DNA of 64,000 nt. Source: a virus. The notes below the pieces were generated by a model. It was not told where the DNA came from. It saw only the letters and a program-made list of their open reading frames with translations, and made no database searches. Within the stretch, counting starts at the first letter, position 1. Each line of letters starts with the position of its first letter. Shown here in pieces: positions 18,629-28,543 of this stretch. The position numbers were made by a program, and so were the translations under genes. Location: positions 32,001-96,000 of IMG/VR virus record IMGVR_UViG_3300046167_000921; one strand, given 5' to 3'.

Positions 18629-18640
18629 TAATATTTCTAT
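18629..18640 (+). promoter_or_regulatory. Putative late-promoter motif (TAATATTTCTAT)
   Basis: Exact intergenic match. Confidence 0.6.
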
Positions 18641-18670
18641 AAGCAGTCAAGCTGTAAAGGAGAAAATAAG

Positions 18671-19420
18671 ATGAAGTTAACACCAAGAGATAAGAAGGTA
18701 ATTGATTCTTTCATTGCAAAGAAACCAATGGTTTCAAAAAAGCTGTCTACAGACGGCAAAGTCCTAAATAAGAACGCCCAATTATATTCTCACTTAGAAT
18801 ATATAGGGGTAGCTGAGTGGGGGGGGAGTCATATTAAACAAGTAAGCGACTACCCTGAGGAACTTGCAACCATTGTGAACTATATGACGAAGGAAGCTCT
18901 TCGAAGAGGCATCTCGGTGTTCGATTTTTGGGGTCGTGAAAAGAAGCTGAAGGCGATCACTCTCACTCCTAAAGACAAGAAGGTCATCGAGTCTTTTATC
19001 GCAAAGAGGCCTGCACGGTCTAGGAAGCTTGAGTCTTACGGACATTCCCTTGAGTGCTTGCTGACTAGTAGGGTATTATTCCAACATGACGTGACAGGGG
19101 ACTTTGTGATTAGAGATCGGAAGTCTCAACGGGGTTCCGCGATTCACAGGTGGCATGATACTGTTTTTTCCTATCTCAAGAAGAAGAGTAGGAAGGACAC
19201 AATCCTCGCAGAAAACTATAAAAACCTCGCTGAATACATGAAGGACATCTTAAGAGAGAAGACCATTGAGTTCAATGAAGTGAGAAGTATAGATAGGAAG
19301 CCTAGCGAGAGGCATATCCAAGAGGTCTGGGAGTCTGGTTTGATTGATGAAGAGATCCGTAGGGTGGACGAGGCTATCTCTGACTATCAGCACATGACAG
19401 ACGTAGGGTTTCAAGACTAA
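18671..19420 (+). CDS. Hypothetical protein with two copies of an LTx(R/K)DKKVI domain
   Basis: KLTPRDKKVIDSFIAKKP..SKKL and TLTPKDKKVIESFIAKRP..SRKL. Confidence 0.65.
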   Translation: MKLTPRDKKVIDSFIAKKPMVSKKLSTDGKVLNKNAQLYSHLEYIGVAEWGGSHIKQVSDYPEELATIVNYMTKEALRRGISVFDFWGREKKLKAITLTPKDKKVIESFIAKRPARSRKLESYGHSLECLLTSRVLFQHDVTGDFVIRDRKSQRGSAIHRWHDTVFSYLKKKSRKDTILAENYKNLAEYMKDILREKTIEFNEVRSIDRKPSERHIQEVWESGLIDEEIRRVDEAISDYQHMTDVGFQD

Positions 19421-19614
19421 TGCATGGTTTAAGACTTCCTAAACTAACGCAAAGAGACAAGAGTGTGATCCAAGACTTTGTGGATAAGAGGCAGTTTTAT
19501 TCCAAAAAGCTTCTTTCAAACAGCGAAGCACTTGAGTGTAAAGTGACCAAGTGCTTTTCTATTGGGGAGAAGAGGGCAAAATTAAATGGAATAGTTGGGT
19601 TTTCAGTCACTTAG
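19420..19614 (+). CDS. Short or truncated paralog of the DKKV domain
   Basis: KLTQRDKSVIQDFVDKRQFYSKKLLSNSEALEC; start overlaps the previous stop. Confidence 0.5.
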   Translation: MHGLRLPKLTQRDKSVIQDFVDKRQFYSKKLLSNSEALECKVTKCFSIGEKRAKLNGIVGFSVT

Positions 19615-19682
19615 ATTTCTCTGACTTGTGGCTACGGCATGTATCAAACTATGTCTGTAACAGGTATGGCGACATACTCTAA

Positions 19683-19694
19683 TAGTTTATCTAT
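19683..19694 (+). promoter_or_regulatory. Putative late-promoter motif (TAGTTTATCTAT)
   Basis: Exact match; followed by a TTTCTC/GAGAAA stem over the SD. Confidence 0.6.
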
Positions 19695-19730
19695 CCTCGT
19701 CTTTCTCTACACCAACAAAGGAGAAATGCT

Positions 19731-20246
19731 ATGGACAGGATTGAACAGATAACTAGACAGTTCCTCCGTGAGAAGAAAGCCGCCGACTTCTTGGCAGAAG
19801 ACAGGGAAGCAGGGGGGCATCGACCTGGTTCTTACATGAGCAGGCAGAACCTCGCACATATGTTGAATCAGGTCATTTCTATCTGTCAGCAAATGGGGCA
19901 TGAGGAAGAGCTTGAAGATTGGGTTGAGGACAAGATATCTCACGCCCATGCCGCTCTTTCAGATGTCGCGAGATATATTGAATATGGAGACCGCGAACCT
20001 TCTTTAAAAATGGCAGAAGACGGCCTAGTCGCGAGTGAAGACGAGAGAATGGCTCACCGAACTTGGACGAAGAAGCAGTGGAAAGAACACCTTGAGAAGT
20101 ATCCTGAGATGGCCTACTACCAAGGAACTTACAATAGAGGTAAGTTTAACCCCGCCAAAGCTAACAAGAACATTAAAGAGTTCGGCCTTGAGAAGGAAAT
20201 GGAGGCAGGTAAATTTAAGCCTAAAAAGAAAGCGAGATGGAGATGA
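19731..20246 (+). CDS. Hypothetical head-associated protein (SYMSRQNL...LEDWVEDKISHA module)
   Basis: The module resembles one I recall from uncharacterised phage proteins; N-terminal ITRQFLREKKAA tag. Confidence 0.55.
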   Translation: MDRIEQITRQFLREKKAADFLAEDREAGGHRPGSYMSRQNLAHMLNQVISICQQMGHEEELEDWVEDKISHAHAALSDVARYIEYGDREPSLKMAEDGLVASEDERMAHRTWTKKQWKEHLEKYPEMAYYQGTYNRGKFNPAKANKNIKEFGLEKEMEAGKFKPKKKARWR

Positions 20247-20719
20247 ACTCAGCTACTAGAGTAGCTTCTGCTCACATGAGAAAAGAAGCCGCAAGTGGTC
20301 TCTTTGGGTTCACCAAATCTATCCAGAGAGAGGGTGAGTCAGCCATCAAGAGGGTAAAGAAGCAGGCGGAGAAGATCTCCACACAGCTTGAAAAGAGACA
20401 TCCTGAAGCAGGGGTCTATTTAACTTTGAGATGCACCAAAGCGGGTTGTGTTCCTTCTAAGGCATTAGCTAAGGTATGTATCTTCAACCGACCCCAAACT
20501 AGGGTCTTGAAAGGCCCTATGGGATTTAAGCCATCTACGGCTAAGGCTTCCCAGAAAGCGATCTCGGACATACTCTTGTTTGCGGGCGAGGTTGGATATA
20601 CTCTGTATCATAAGAAGAACGACGTACTTCCTTTCTTAACATCCTACGCGAAACGGAAGAGATGCCCCTACGCCAAGCTCTTAACTGAAGCGTACCCCCA
20701 CATTCAGAGTGGCCTATGA
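20237..20719 (+). CDS. Hypothetical protein with internal two-fold repeat
   Basis: GLFGF...C...K.L and GPMGF...C...K.L halves; N-terminal TRVASAHMRKEAA tag. Confidence 0.6.
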   Translation: MEMNSATRVASAHMRKEAASGLFGFTKSIQREGESAIKRVKKQAEKISTQLEKRHPEAGVYLTLRCTKAGCVPSKALAKVCIFNRPQTRVLKGPMGFKPSTAKASQKAISDILLFAGEVGYTLYHKKNDVLPFLTSYAKRKRCPYAKLLTEAYPHIQSGL

Positions 20720-21447
20720 GATCTCTATTCTTGTCCTTCTTGATATTCCCCTCACTGAGCTTTGCCCAAGTGAATATGGAATCAGATCGCGGAGGAGACA
20801 AAGAAGGATGGGGTCTTAAGACAGACTTTGGCATCACCCTACAGTCGGGTAATGTCGAGACATTCTCTTATAAGCTTGGGCTCAGGGCTGATCTCGCGAG
20901 AGGGAAAAACCACCTTTACCTTGTCCTGAACAATCAGTATGGGGAAGAGGGTGGCGTAAGCTTTAGGGATCAGGGATTTGGACACATTAGGTGGACACAT
21001 ATGAGAGGGCCTGTTGGGTTTGAGACCTTTACTCAAGTAGAATATGACGACTTTCGACTTCTCCAGACGAGGCAGTTGAATGGTTTAGGATTAAGAGTTG
21101 AGTTCATGGAAGTCTTAGCTGTCGGCATCAGTGGAATGTCTGATTTCGAGTCTATTCAGAAGAGAGACGAAGGTCAATTAGATTGGCGTGGGTCTTCTTA
21201 TATCAGCTTAGATGAGGATTTAGGAGAGTCTTTCAAGATCCACGTCGTAAGTTATTACCAACCTCTTTTTAAGGACTTCTCTGATTGCCGCCTATATAGC
21301 ATAGCTACGCTATCAGCCTCTGTCACGAAAACCTTCTCGATTAAGAATCAAGTATCTTATGCCTTCGACACAAGACCCCCCGACGGTGTCGAGAAGAAAG
21401 ATCTTCAATTCATAGTGAGCTTTGAATTGAAGACTTCGGGGGAATAG
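20716..21447 (+). CDS. DUF481/YdiY-like outer-membrane beta-barrel protein
   Basis: Signal peptide ending SLSFA; alternating amphipathic strands (GFGHIRWT, FETFTQVEY, LGLRVEF, VSYYQP, LSASV, QVSYAFD, FIVSFEL). Confidence 0.75.
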   Translation: MRSLFLSFLIFPSLSFAQVNMESDRGGDKEGWGLKTDFGITLQSGNVETFSYKLGLRADLARGKNHLYLVLNNQYGEEGGVSFRDQGFGHIRWTHMRGPVGFETFTQVEYDDFRLLQTRQLNGLGLRVEFMEVLAVGISGMSDFESIQKRDEGQLDWRGSSYISLDEDLGESFKIHVVSYYQPLFKDFSDCRLYSIATLSASVTKTFSIKNQVSYAFDTRPPDGVEKKDLQFIVSFELKTSGE

Positions 21448-21456
21448 TTTTTTTAT
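21445..21456 (+). promoter_or_regulatory. Putative late-promoter motif (TAGTTTTTTTAT)
   Basis: Exact match, though its TAG is also the upstream stop codon; followed by an 11-bp stem with G-U pairs (21458-21468 / 21476-21486) over the SD. Confidence 0.5.
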
Positions 21457-21480
21457 GGTTTACTCTTTAATAAAAGGAGA

Positions 21481-23145
21481 GTGAGCATGAAAAGCCCATC
21501 AGAACAAATCTTAGACCTTCTGTCTGAATACAAAAACCTTAAAATCAAATCCGCCAAGAAGTCTTTAAGAAAGATACTAGGTAAGTTTGATGTCGAGTTA
21601 GTCTCTTACGAACTTCGAACTAGGTTTCTTGATCAGGTTGAAGTGAAATTAAAAAAAGAGTTCTCTTTACCTAAGCACTTGAAGAGGGAGTACCCTGAGC
21701 TAGTAGGGGAGACCTTCAGCTTAGGTCACTTCATGCAAAAACAGAGTATGATTAAAGGAGTCCCAGAGATTGGTATGCACCAAGAGAATATGTGGGTGAT
21801 AGACCTTAACTACGCCCTCAAGACGTGGATGTTGCAGTATGGTTGCGACATTGAGGTTCTCGTAGGAGATCGTAAAGACTACCCCCTGAAGAAGAAATAC
21901 ACATCCTTAGTTAAAAGAAGATTGCACAGATATGGCTGGAAAGCTCAGTTGCTTGTTAAAATGGGCTTAGGCTTATTTGGGGGTCTCTTCTGGAAGCTTG
22001 CCTATGAAACCATAATGAAGATAGACGACAACCCTTTCTTAGACTTGTCTAAAGACAGCTTAAATCGTTTGAAGAGAGTCGGCTCTAGCCAAGCGAGCTG
22101 GGCTATCCTTTCAAGCGGAGTGTCTCAGTCAAGAGTGGAAGCACATATCATCCGACTCACTGTAAACCAGCTCCTTAACTCACTAGAGAAGAGTCCGCTC
22201 AAAGAAGAGCTCTATAAGCATGTTGGAGATAATCTACAGGCTCTCCCAGCCCACTTGTCGAAGCTCGAAAGAAGCTTAGATAGGACAAACTACGCTCTTA
22301 TCACTATGGGAGGTGATTGGTATCGCCAGAGATTGGTTCACGAAGACCGAGAAATGGTAGATATGGCAAGCAAGTTTAACCCCCTTCCTGTGCCTTCTAC
22401 CATTAAGAAGTCTCATTTAAAGCAGGCTAACCTCTTTAAAGACCTGATAAAGAAGACCTTTTACACAAAGACAGAGAATCTCCTCTCGGCGGTTGAGGAG
22501 ATTAAAAAAGTCCCAGAAGCCGAAAGACGAGGGGTTCAAAAAAAACTCATGTCTGAACTCGAGGTTCACAAGAAAAAGTTTATAGAAAAGGCATATGGAG
22601 TGCTGGAGAGTAAACTTGAAGGTTTCCAATACGAGATCATAAGGTTCGAACCCAGTTCTAAATTATACTCTAACATCACAGTCCGAAAGAAAGATCAGAA
22701 AACTAAGTTCTCGCTCAAGACTTTAGAGTCTTCATTGAAGAAAAAAGCGAGAGAAGAAGAGCTGAGCCTCACACCGAAGACTAGGTTCAAAGATTTGTTG
22801 TTTGTCCTTGAGAATTGGAAATTCCAATATGGGCAGTATATTCTAATGTTAATCGGAGAGTCCTCCTTAACCTTCTCAGAAAAAGATACTAAGCTAGTTG
22901 CTAGGCTAAGTCGGTGGCTTAGTATAGGAGCAAAGAAGGCGATCATCCTCTTGAAAGCTTTGTTCTTGTTTTTCGACCCTAGTGCTTTGGGTATTATAAT
23001 TACCTTCCTACTCCTGCCAAAGACTCTCGGCTATCAACCCCCTGCGATGGCGTTTGGGTCTGCCTTATTCATTGCTTTTGCAAGCATGATCTTCATCGGC
23101 AGAGAGAGAGCAGTCCCACATTGGAAGAGGTTTAAGAGAATTTAG
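21481..23145 (+). CDS. Hypothetical protein with hydrophobic helices
   Basis: 554-aa ORF (likely start ATG 21487); one internal and two to three C-terminal hydrophobic segments. Confidence 0.6.
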   Translation: MSMKSPSEQILDLLSEYKNLKIKSAKKSLRKILGKFDVELVSYELRTRFLDQVEVKLKKEFSLPKHLKREYPELVGETFSLGHFMQKQSMIKGVPEIGMHQENMWVIDLNYALKTWMLQYGCDIEVLVGDRKDYPLKKKYTSLVKRRLHRYGWKAQLLVKMGLGLFGGLFWKLAYETIMKIDDNPFLDLSKDSLNRLKRVGSSQASWAILSSGVSQSRVEAHIIRLTVNQLLNSLEKSPLKEELYKHVGDNLQALPAHLSKLERSLDRTNYALITMGGDWYRQRLVHEDREMVDMASKFNPLPVPSTIKKSHLKQANLFKDLIKKTFYTKTENLLSAVEEIKKVPEAERRGVQKKLMSELEVHKKKFIEKAYGVLESKLEGFQYEIIRFEPSSKLYSNITVRKKDQKTKFSLKTLESSLKKKAREEELSLTPKTRFKDLLFVLENWKFQYGQYILMLIGESSLTFSEKDTKLVARLSRWLSIGAKKAIILLKALFLFFDPSALGIIITFLLLPKTLGYQPPAMAFGSALFIAFASMIFIGRERAVPHWKRFKRI

Positions 23146-23199
23146 CAGCCCCCCGTCTCTTTTCGATAATATCGGTGAAGATATTTATTAGAGAAAGAG

Positions 23200-25365
23200 A
23201 TGATTATGAGAGTTTTAGAGAATAAGTTTAAGAGCAAATGTTACGTCTGCGGGGTTACGGTTCAGCCCGCAGACGGCTTCGCGGTTGAAGAGATACCGCG
23301 TGTTTGGAAAACCGTTTGTAAGAACAGCGGTTGCCACAGCCAAGTCAAGGGGCTGACCGAATTACTGAACCGACCAAACACTAGAGAGATTACTTCAAAA
23401 GGGATGGTTAACATCTACCCTTTCGATTGGAGTGCCCTCCCTAAGATTAAAACCTTTCCTGGAGCGAGGTTTGATGGGAATACCAAAAGCTGGTTTATCT
23501 CCCTTGACCCTTCAGACCGAGATCGAGTAGTTAAGGTCGCAAAGGATCTCCGCCTTGATCTCCCTAAAGGGTTTGAAAAGGTCGAAGCCACATCCGAAGT
23601 TAAAGAAGCTATCGCGAGAGGAGAAGCAGTTGGAGCTTACCCTTACCAACTTAAGGGCATTGAGTTCTTGGCGGGTAAGAAGCATGCCCTCCTCGCGGAC
23701 GACATGGGGCTCGGTAAGACCATTCAGTCTCTTGTCGCCCTCCCTGAGAACGCAAAGTGCATCTTCCTCTGCCCCGCTACCCTCAAGAGCAATGTTGCGA
23801 ATGAGGTTAATAAATGGCGTCCAGATCTTACCCCTGTGGTCATCTGTGGTCGAAAAGGGTTTAGGGTTCCTTCAAAGGGTGAAGTGGTAATTGTTAACTA
23901 TGATATCTTGCCCTCTTGCTTCACACCTACGGATAAGTGGGGCGAGGAGTCAAGCACGCCTTCTTCTTGGGTTCAATCTCTATCTGAGACCGTCCTGATT
24001 GCAGATGAGGTTCACGTCTGTAAGAACCCAAAGGCATCTAAGTCTAAGAAGACAAAGGTTCTCAGTAAGATGTGCCTCAGAGTTTGGGCTATGACAGGTA
24101 CGCCTATCATGTCTAAAGCTCTAGATATGTGGGGTGTCCTTCAAGCGTTCGATTTAGAGCGTAAAGTATTCGGTAGCTGGAAAAACTTTGTTCAACTCAT
24201 GAATGGAGAGAAGCAATGGGTTTCAGCTACCGCTTCAAAGTGGGTCTTTGGAACTCCTTCCCCTATGGTAACAGAGACTCTTCGAAAGTTGATGCTCCGT
24301 AGGTTGAAGAAAGACGTTCTCCCCGACCTTCCCGCTAAGACTTACCAAGACATCCTTGTAGACGTAAATTCTAAGTCTCTGTTCAATAAGACAGAGAAGC
24401 TCATGGTAGATGTTAAGCATCTTACTCCTAACGAGCCTTTACCTCACTTCGAGAAGTTCTCAAAGCTTCGAGCAGCACTCGCTAAAGACCGCATCCCAGC
24501 TCTCATCGAGCAGGTTGAGTCTTTTGAGGAGGCAGATGAGCCTGTCGTGGTCTTCTCGGCACACAAAGAGCCTATGAAGGCTCTGGCTCAAAGAGATGGT
24601 TGGGGTACCATTACTTCAGACACCACCCTCGAAGGCCGTAAAGAGATTGTCAGGCAGTTTCAAGACGGGTTTCTCAAGGGCGTAGGTTTGACCATCAAGG
24701 CGGGCGGAGTAGGCCTTACCTTGACCCGAGCTAGTAAGATGATCTTCGTAGACATGGAGTGGAATCCTGCTTTGAACACTCAGGCGGAAGACAGGATCTG
24801 CCGCATCGGTCAGCAAGCGGATAATATCCAATATGTGCGACTTGTCAGCAACTGTGCCCTTGACATCCATGTACATAATATCCTCCACGCAAAAGCAGAG
24901 ATGATCCACAAGGCATTGGAGAGTGAAGACTCGCCTGTGGTCTTCACTCCAACTCCCGCTATCGACCTTTCTACGAAAGTGGTGCAGGAGACTCCAGAGG
25001 AGGCTCAAAAGAGAATCGAAGACCTTAGAGAAGCAAAGAAGCGAGCAGGGGAAAAGCTGGCTCAAGCATCTGCCACAGCAAAGATCACTGCTCGCCGAAG
25101 CTCTTGGACTCGAGGTAGTCTTTTACCCGACCCCTCACCCACACAGCGTCAAGAGATCTACGCCGCCCTTGTCCTTATGTTAGGGTCTTGTGATGGTGCA
25201 GTGAGCCACGACAACGTAGGCTTTAATAAGCCTGACGCATATAATATGCGGTCAATCCGAATCTCAGGACTCTTAGGAGGAGATATCGGTCTTCAGAAAT
25301 ATGTGTGGGGTACTCTCAGGAAATACAGCCGACAGCTTGAGTCCATCTTCCCCGATCTCTTCTAA
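23200..25365 (+). CDS. SNF2/SWI2-family (HARP-like) helicase
   Basis: LLADDMGLGKT, LIADEVH, MTGTP, VVVFSAH, AGGVGLTL and QAEDRICRIGQ. Confidence 0.92.
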   Translation: MIMRVLENKFKSKCYVCGVTVQPADGFAVEEIPRVWKTVCKNSGCHSQVKGLTELLNRPNTREITSKGMVNIYPFDWSALPKIKTFPGARFDGNTKSWFISLDPSDRDRVVKVAKDLRLDLPKGFEKVEATSEVKEAIARGEAVGAYPYQLKGIEFLAGKKHALLADDMGLGKTIQSLVALPENAKCIFLCPATLKSNVANEVNKWRPDLTPVVICGRKGFRVPSKGEVVIVNYDILPSCFTPTDKWGEESSTPSSWVQSLSETVLIADEVHVCKNPKASKSKKTKVLSKMCLRVWAMTGTPIMSKALDMWGVLQAFDLERKVFGSWKNFVQLMNGEKQWVSATASKWVFGTPSPMVTETLRKLMLRRLKKDVLPDLPAKTYQDILVDVNSKSLFNKTEKLMVDVKHLTPNEPLPHFEKFSKLRAALAKDRIPALIEQVESFEEADEPVVVFSAHKEPMKALAQRDGWGTITSDTTLEGRKEIVRQFQDGFLKGVGLTIKAGGVGLTLTRASKMIFVDMEWNPALNTQAEDRICRIGQQADNIQYVRLVSNCALDIHVHNILHAKAEMIHKALESEDSPVVFTPTPAIDLSTKVVQETPEEAQKRIEDLREAKKRAGEKLAQASATAKITARRSSWTRGSLLPDPSPTQRQEIYAALVLMLGSCDGAVSHDNVGFNKPDAYNMRSIRISGLLGGDIGLQKYVWGTLRKYSRQLESIFPDLF

Positions 25366-25931
25366 GATCCTGTCTCTATCTTCTGGTGATCATACGCCCT
25401 CAAAAACTTTTCAGCTTTATCTAGCTGATATGCCTTATCTCTCAGATCCTTATTGAGGTTCATATTACCTAATACGGTAATCTCATGGGTCGCGGTATCT
25501 TCAAGCCTTGTTGTCAAACCTAGTGTTTTTGGCATCAAGGCTTTTATTAGTTTAGGGTCTATGTATTTAATAGAGATGTCCCAAACCATATCTAATTCTA
25601 CACCTTGACATATGTTCAAAGGCTGACCCCCATACACGGTAGTCATCTTTTCCCTGTGAAGAGAAATCCCTGATCTCGTCTTGAGTTCTAGGTCAAAGAA
25701 GTGGACAGGTATTGGGGCTTCAGGTCTATCAAAGAACATCTTAAAAGCTACATGAAGGTTCTTATCGCCAAAGGTTATCGTGGGTTGGTTGATATGACCC
25801 CACTCATGGATGATGATATATACCTCTTTAGACTCTACGAGCCTATTAACGAAGTCAAGTTCGATGTCGCTCATGGGTATGTACAGAGAATTACTGTTCC
25901 CACCTCCAAATTCGTTCTTGTCTTTTGCCAT
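25362..25931 (-). CDS. Hypothetical protein
   Basis: 189-aa ORF with SD AGAGGTG. Confidence 0.6.
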   Translation of the reverse strand: MAKDKNEFGGGNSNSLYIPMSDIELDFVNRLVESKEVYIIIHEWGHINQPTITFGDKNLHVAFKMFFDRPEAPIPVHFFDLELKTRSGISLHREKMTTVYGGQPLNICQGVELDMVWDISIKYIDPKLIKALMPKTLGLTTRLEDTATHEITVLGNMNLNKDLRDKAYQLDKAEKFLRAYDHQKIETGS

Positions 25932-25942
25932 CTTACACCTCT

Positions 25943-27274
25943 TTAGATAAGTTCAAGTATGTACAATACTCTACCCAAGCCAGAGCTAACCTTAACCCCT
26001 CTAGCACTAGAAACCTTTTGAGACTCTCTCAGAAAGAATAAAGGATCGAACTCTAGCTTAGTTTCGCCCTTAAGTATACAATCTCTCAAGCTTCCCTTGA
26101 GGTCAGATTTACTTAAAAAGTGCAATATGACCTCTGGGTTGATGTAAGACTGCTTCGTTGTTTTGGGTGAGTCATGAGAGAGGGCGACTTGAGCACTTTT
26201 ATGTGCTTTATCCAGAACTTTGCAGATCTCGTCTATGGTCTTCTCCGCCGCCTCTTCCACCTCAAGATCAACATAAGACTTTATTTTTAACATTAGAGTG
26301 TCTCTCTCTTGCTTCAATGTCTCATAAACCGCTTCTGTGGCCCGCAGCTTCCTGAAGTCTGTAATTCTTAACTCGCCGAAGTTTTCCTTAAAGTACTTCT
26401 TGAGGTGCCGATATTTGAAATCCTCCCCAAAGAGGTAATCTGAACTATGACCCTCAAAGCCCTCTATGTACTCTCTAAGTACTTTAGTTGTAGTGGTATC
26501 AGTTAGAGATGCCCTGTTGACAACACCTTTCTTACCCTCAAACCGTAAGAGGATCGTCCCATCTCCCTGTAAACGCAGGTGCTCTCTCTTCAAAGTGAGA
26601 GCTCCGAAGGTTTCGATCTCCTCACCTTCAGCTAGGATCGCATTCCCATGACGACCTGGCCTGATGCCTGTCTCTAGAATAATTAACAAGACTAGAGCGG
26701 AGATCTTGTCAAAGCCGTATTTTGAATCCAGAGAGGACTTTAAGGTCTTCTCTATGTCATCATACTGCTCTAAGATCTTACGTTGATTAAGAGCCTTTTC
26801 TGCAACCGTGTACGTCTTGTTCGCAAACAGCTCTCCGATGTTCTTGACCCTGCCTTTATCATCGACATCAACTGTAATGGTGTCGGGAAGGTAGGCCCTT
26901 AATTTCTTAGGTATTGTCTTAAGGAACAACTTCTGCTTCTTATAGAGCTGAATGTCCCTCCTCGACTTTAGTGTAATCTTCCCTTCACCGTCAAGAGCCT
27001 CTTTGAGTGTGAGGTCACCCAAGAGGTGGTCGGTTATGATCTTAACCGTTTTATTCCTCTTAGTCTTGAAGGAGTCCTCTGTCAGAGGCCCTACAAACTT
27101 CTGTATATATCTCTTCACTTGGGGGAGAGACTCTATCAAAAGCCTTAGCTCTTTCGCTTTCGTACTCCCCTCTTCTATGGTGCGAGGGTACTTTTTCAGC
27201 GAGGAAAGGAGAGACTTAAATTCCTTTAGAGACCTGTCTCTGAAGTTGATTGTTGCTTTATCTATATCGTTCAT
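25943..27274 (-). CDS. DNA topoisomerase IB (bacterial/poxvirus-like)
   Basis: Catalytic pentad visible: GIRPG (R), FEGKKG (K), DFRKLRA (R), ALSHD (H), QSYINP (Y). Confidence 0.85.
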   Translation of the reverse strand: MNDIDKATINFRDRSLKEFKSLLSSLKKYPRTIEEGSTKAKELRLLIESLPQVKRYIQKFVGPLTEDSFKTKRNKTVKIITDHLLGDLTLKEALDGEGKITLKSRRDIQLYKKQKLFLKTIPKKLRAYLPDTITVDVDDKGRVKNIGELFANKTYTVAEKALNQRKILEQYDDIEKTLKSSLDSKYGFDKISALVLLIILETGIRPGRHGNAILAEGEEIETFGALTLKREHLRLQGDGTILLRFEGKKGVVNRASLTDTTTTKVLREYIEGFEGHSSDYLFGEDFKYRHLKKYFKENFGELRITDFRKLRATEAVYETLKQERDTLMLKIKSYVDLEVEEAAEKTIDEICKVLDKAHKSAQVALSHDSPKTTKQSYINPEVILHFLSKSDLKGSLRDCILKGETKLEFDPLFFLRESQKVSSARGVKVSSGLGRVLYILELI

Positions 27275-27330
27275 ATCCCCTCCGTCTTAACTAAGAACTG
27301 AGATTGGGGGGGCTATTAATAGACTACAAC

Positions 27331-27696
27331 CTACTTGAGTGTGCCGTCAAACTCTTCGAATTCTATGTCTTCGATTGGGTTTTTTTCGGCGTGCTCAGTT
27401 TTTTTTTGCGTTGGATGCGAGGAACCGTCCTTATCTAAGGCAGAAACCGCGACATGAGTATACTTATCAAGAGCGGCCTGCCCGAGAATGTACCCTATCT
27501 GGATGAAGCCTGAAGTGACGATCATCGTAACCAACACCATAAATGCGTAGTGTTCAATTTTCGTCTGATATTCCCAGATGACATAGAACATCAAGATTTT
27601 CCATCCAAGGTCAGCGATAAGGTATGCCAAGAACTTCTTACTCTTGAGTGGGAGCTTATCGAAGATGGTATGGTCTTTTGGTTTTTCGGTGGTCAT
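27331..27696 (-). CDS. Small two-TM membrane protein, holin-like
   Basis: KSKKFLAYL..., two hydrophobic helices, and a charged C-terminal tail. Confidence 0.45.
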   Translation of the reverse strand: MTTEKPKDHTIFDKLPLKSKKFLAYLIADLGWKILMFYVIWEYQTKIEHYAFMVLVTMIVTSGFIQIGYILGQAALDKYTHVAVSALDKDGSSHPTQKKTEHAEKNPIEDIEFEEFDGTLK

Positions 27697-27705
27697 GGGT
27701 TCCTC

Positions 27706-28080
27706 TTAATTCACTCGGAGTTTGGTTCGCTTGTTAGTGGATTTGTTAACTGTTTTTGGGAGGTGGTTGTTTCCCAAGTTCACTCTAGTTGTCATAGAAC
27801 TCTGGAAGTCGTCCTCTATGGTTTGAGTGTATTTACGAGGGGGAGTGCTGTAGGCATATATAGTCTCCAGCCTACCCTGCTCTTCAGGGAGCATGGAAGA
27901 CAGCAATGCTTGGAAGTCGTCTCTCGCCTTTTGATTTCCGTCAGACAAGAACTCTAGGATCAAATGGTCTGGGAGAAGGGGAGGGTTTTCAAAGTCGCCT
28001 GTCACACCTTTCAGGGTGTTCTGTCCGTTGTCTCTAATCCAATAGTTAGACATCTCTCTCCCCCTCTTCTTCTTCACCAT
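27706..28080 (-). CDS. Hypothetical protein
   Basis: ORF in a tightly packed minus-strand operon; likely start MSNYWI. Confidence 0.5.
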   Translation of the reverse strand: MVKKKRGREMSNYWIRDNGQNTLKGVTGDFENPPLLPDHLILEFLSDGNQKARDDFQALLSSMLPEEQGRLETIYAYSTPPRKYTQTIEDDFQSSMTTRVNLGNNHLPKTVNKSTNKRTKLRVN

Positions 28081-28543
28081 CTTCGGTGTCTTTGGTTTTA
28101 GGTATCCAACTCTCTACAACATTCTTTAGAATGATGTCTTCTTCTTTCTTTGCCTTAATCACACCCTCTCCTTGGAATAAAGATAGCTTGTCAATCACAG
28201 CAGATTGGAGATCGAATATTTGTTCGCGAAGAAGTTGCATCTGTATCTGAGCATCCCTTAATCTCGCGATCAGGGCTTCTCGATCTCCGTTTGCGGACGC
28301 GAGTTTGTCCTTGAGTTCTTCTACTTCAGAGGGGTCTCTCCCTGAAGCTATTGCGAGCATAGAAGATATAGACCCCGTGAGCATACCTATGATCCCAATC
28401 AGGATGTCCCTATTTTTCTCTACTATTTCGTGCGTAGAAAGAAAGTAGATGAGTATGACAATAAGACACATGAAGACGACAGACGCCCACCAGCCTCTTT
28501 TAGCTTTCTCTGATTGAGTGAACTGCTTATTTGTCTGGTTCAT
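28046..28543 (-). CDS. Two-TM protein with C-terminal coiled coil
   Basis: WWASVVFMCLIVILIYFL and ILIGIIGMLTGSISSMLAIA, followed by heptad repeats. Confidence 0.65.
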   Translation of the reverse strand: MNQTNKQFTQSEKAKRGWWASVVFMCLIVILIYFLSTHEIVEKNRDILIGIIGMLTGSISSMLAIASGRDPSEVEELKDKLASANGDREALIARLRDAQIQMQLLREQIFDLQSAVIDKLSLFQGEGVIKAKKEEDIILKNVVESWIPKTKDTEDGEEEEGERDV

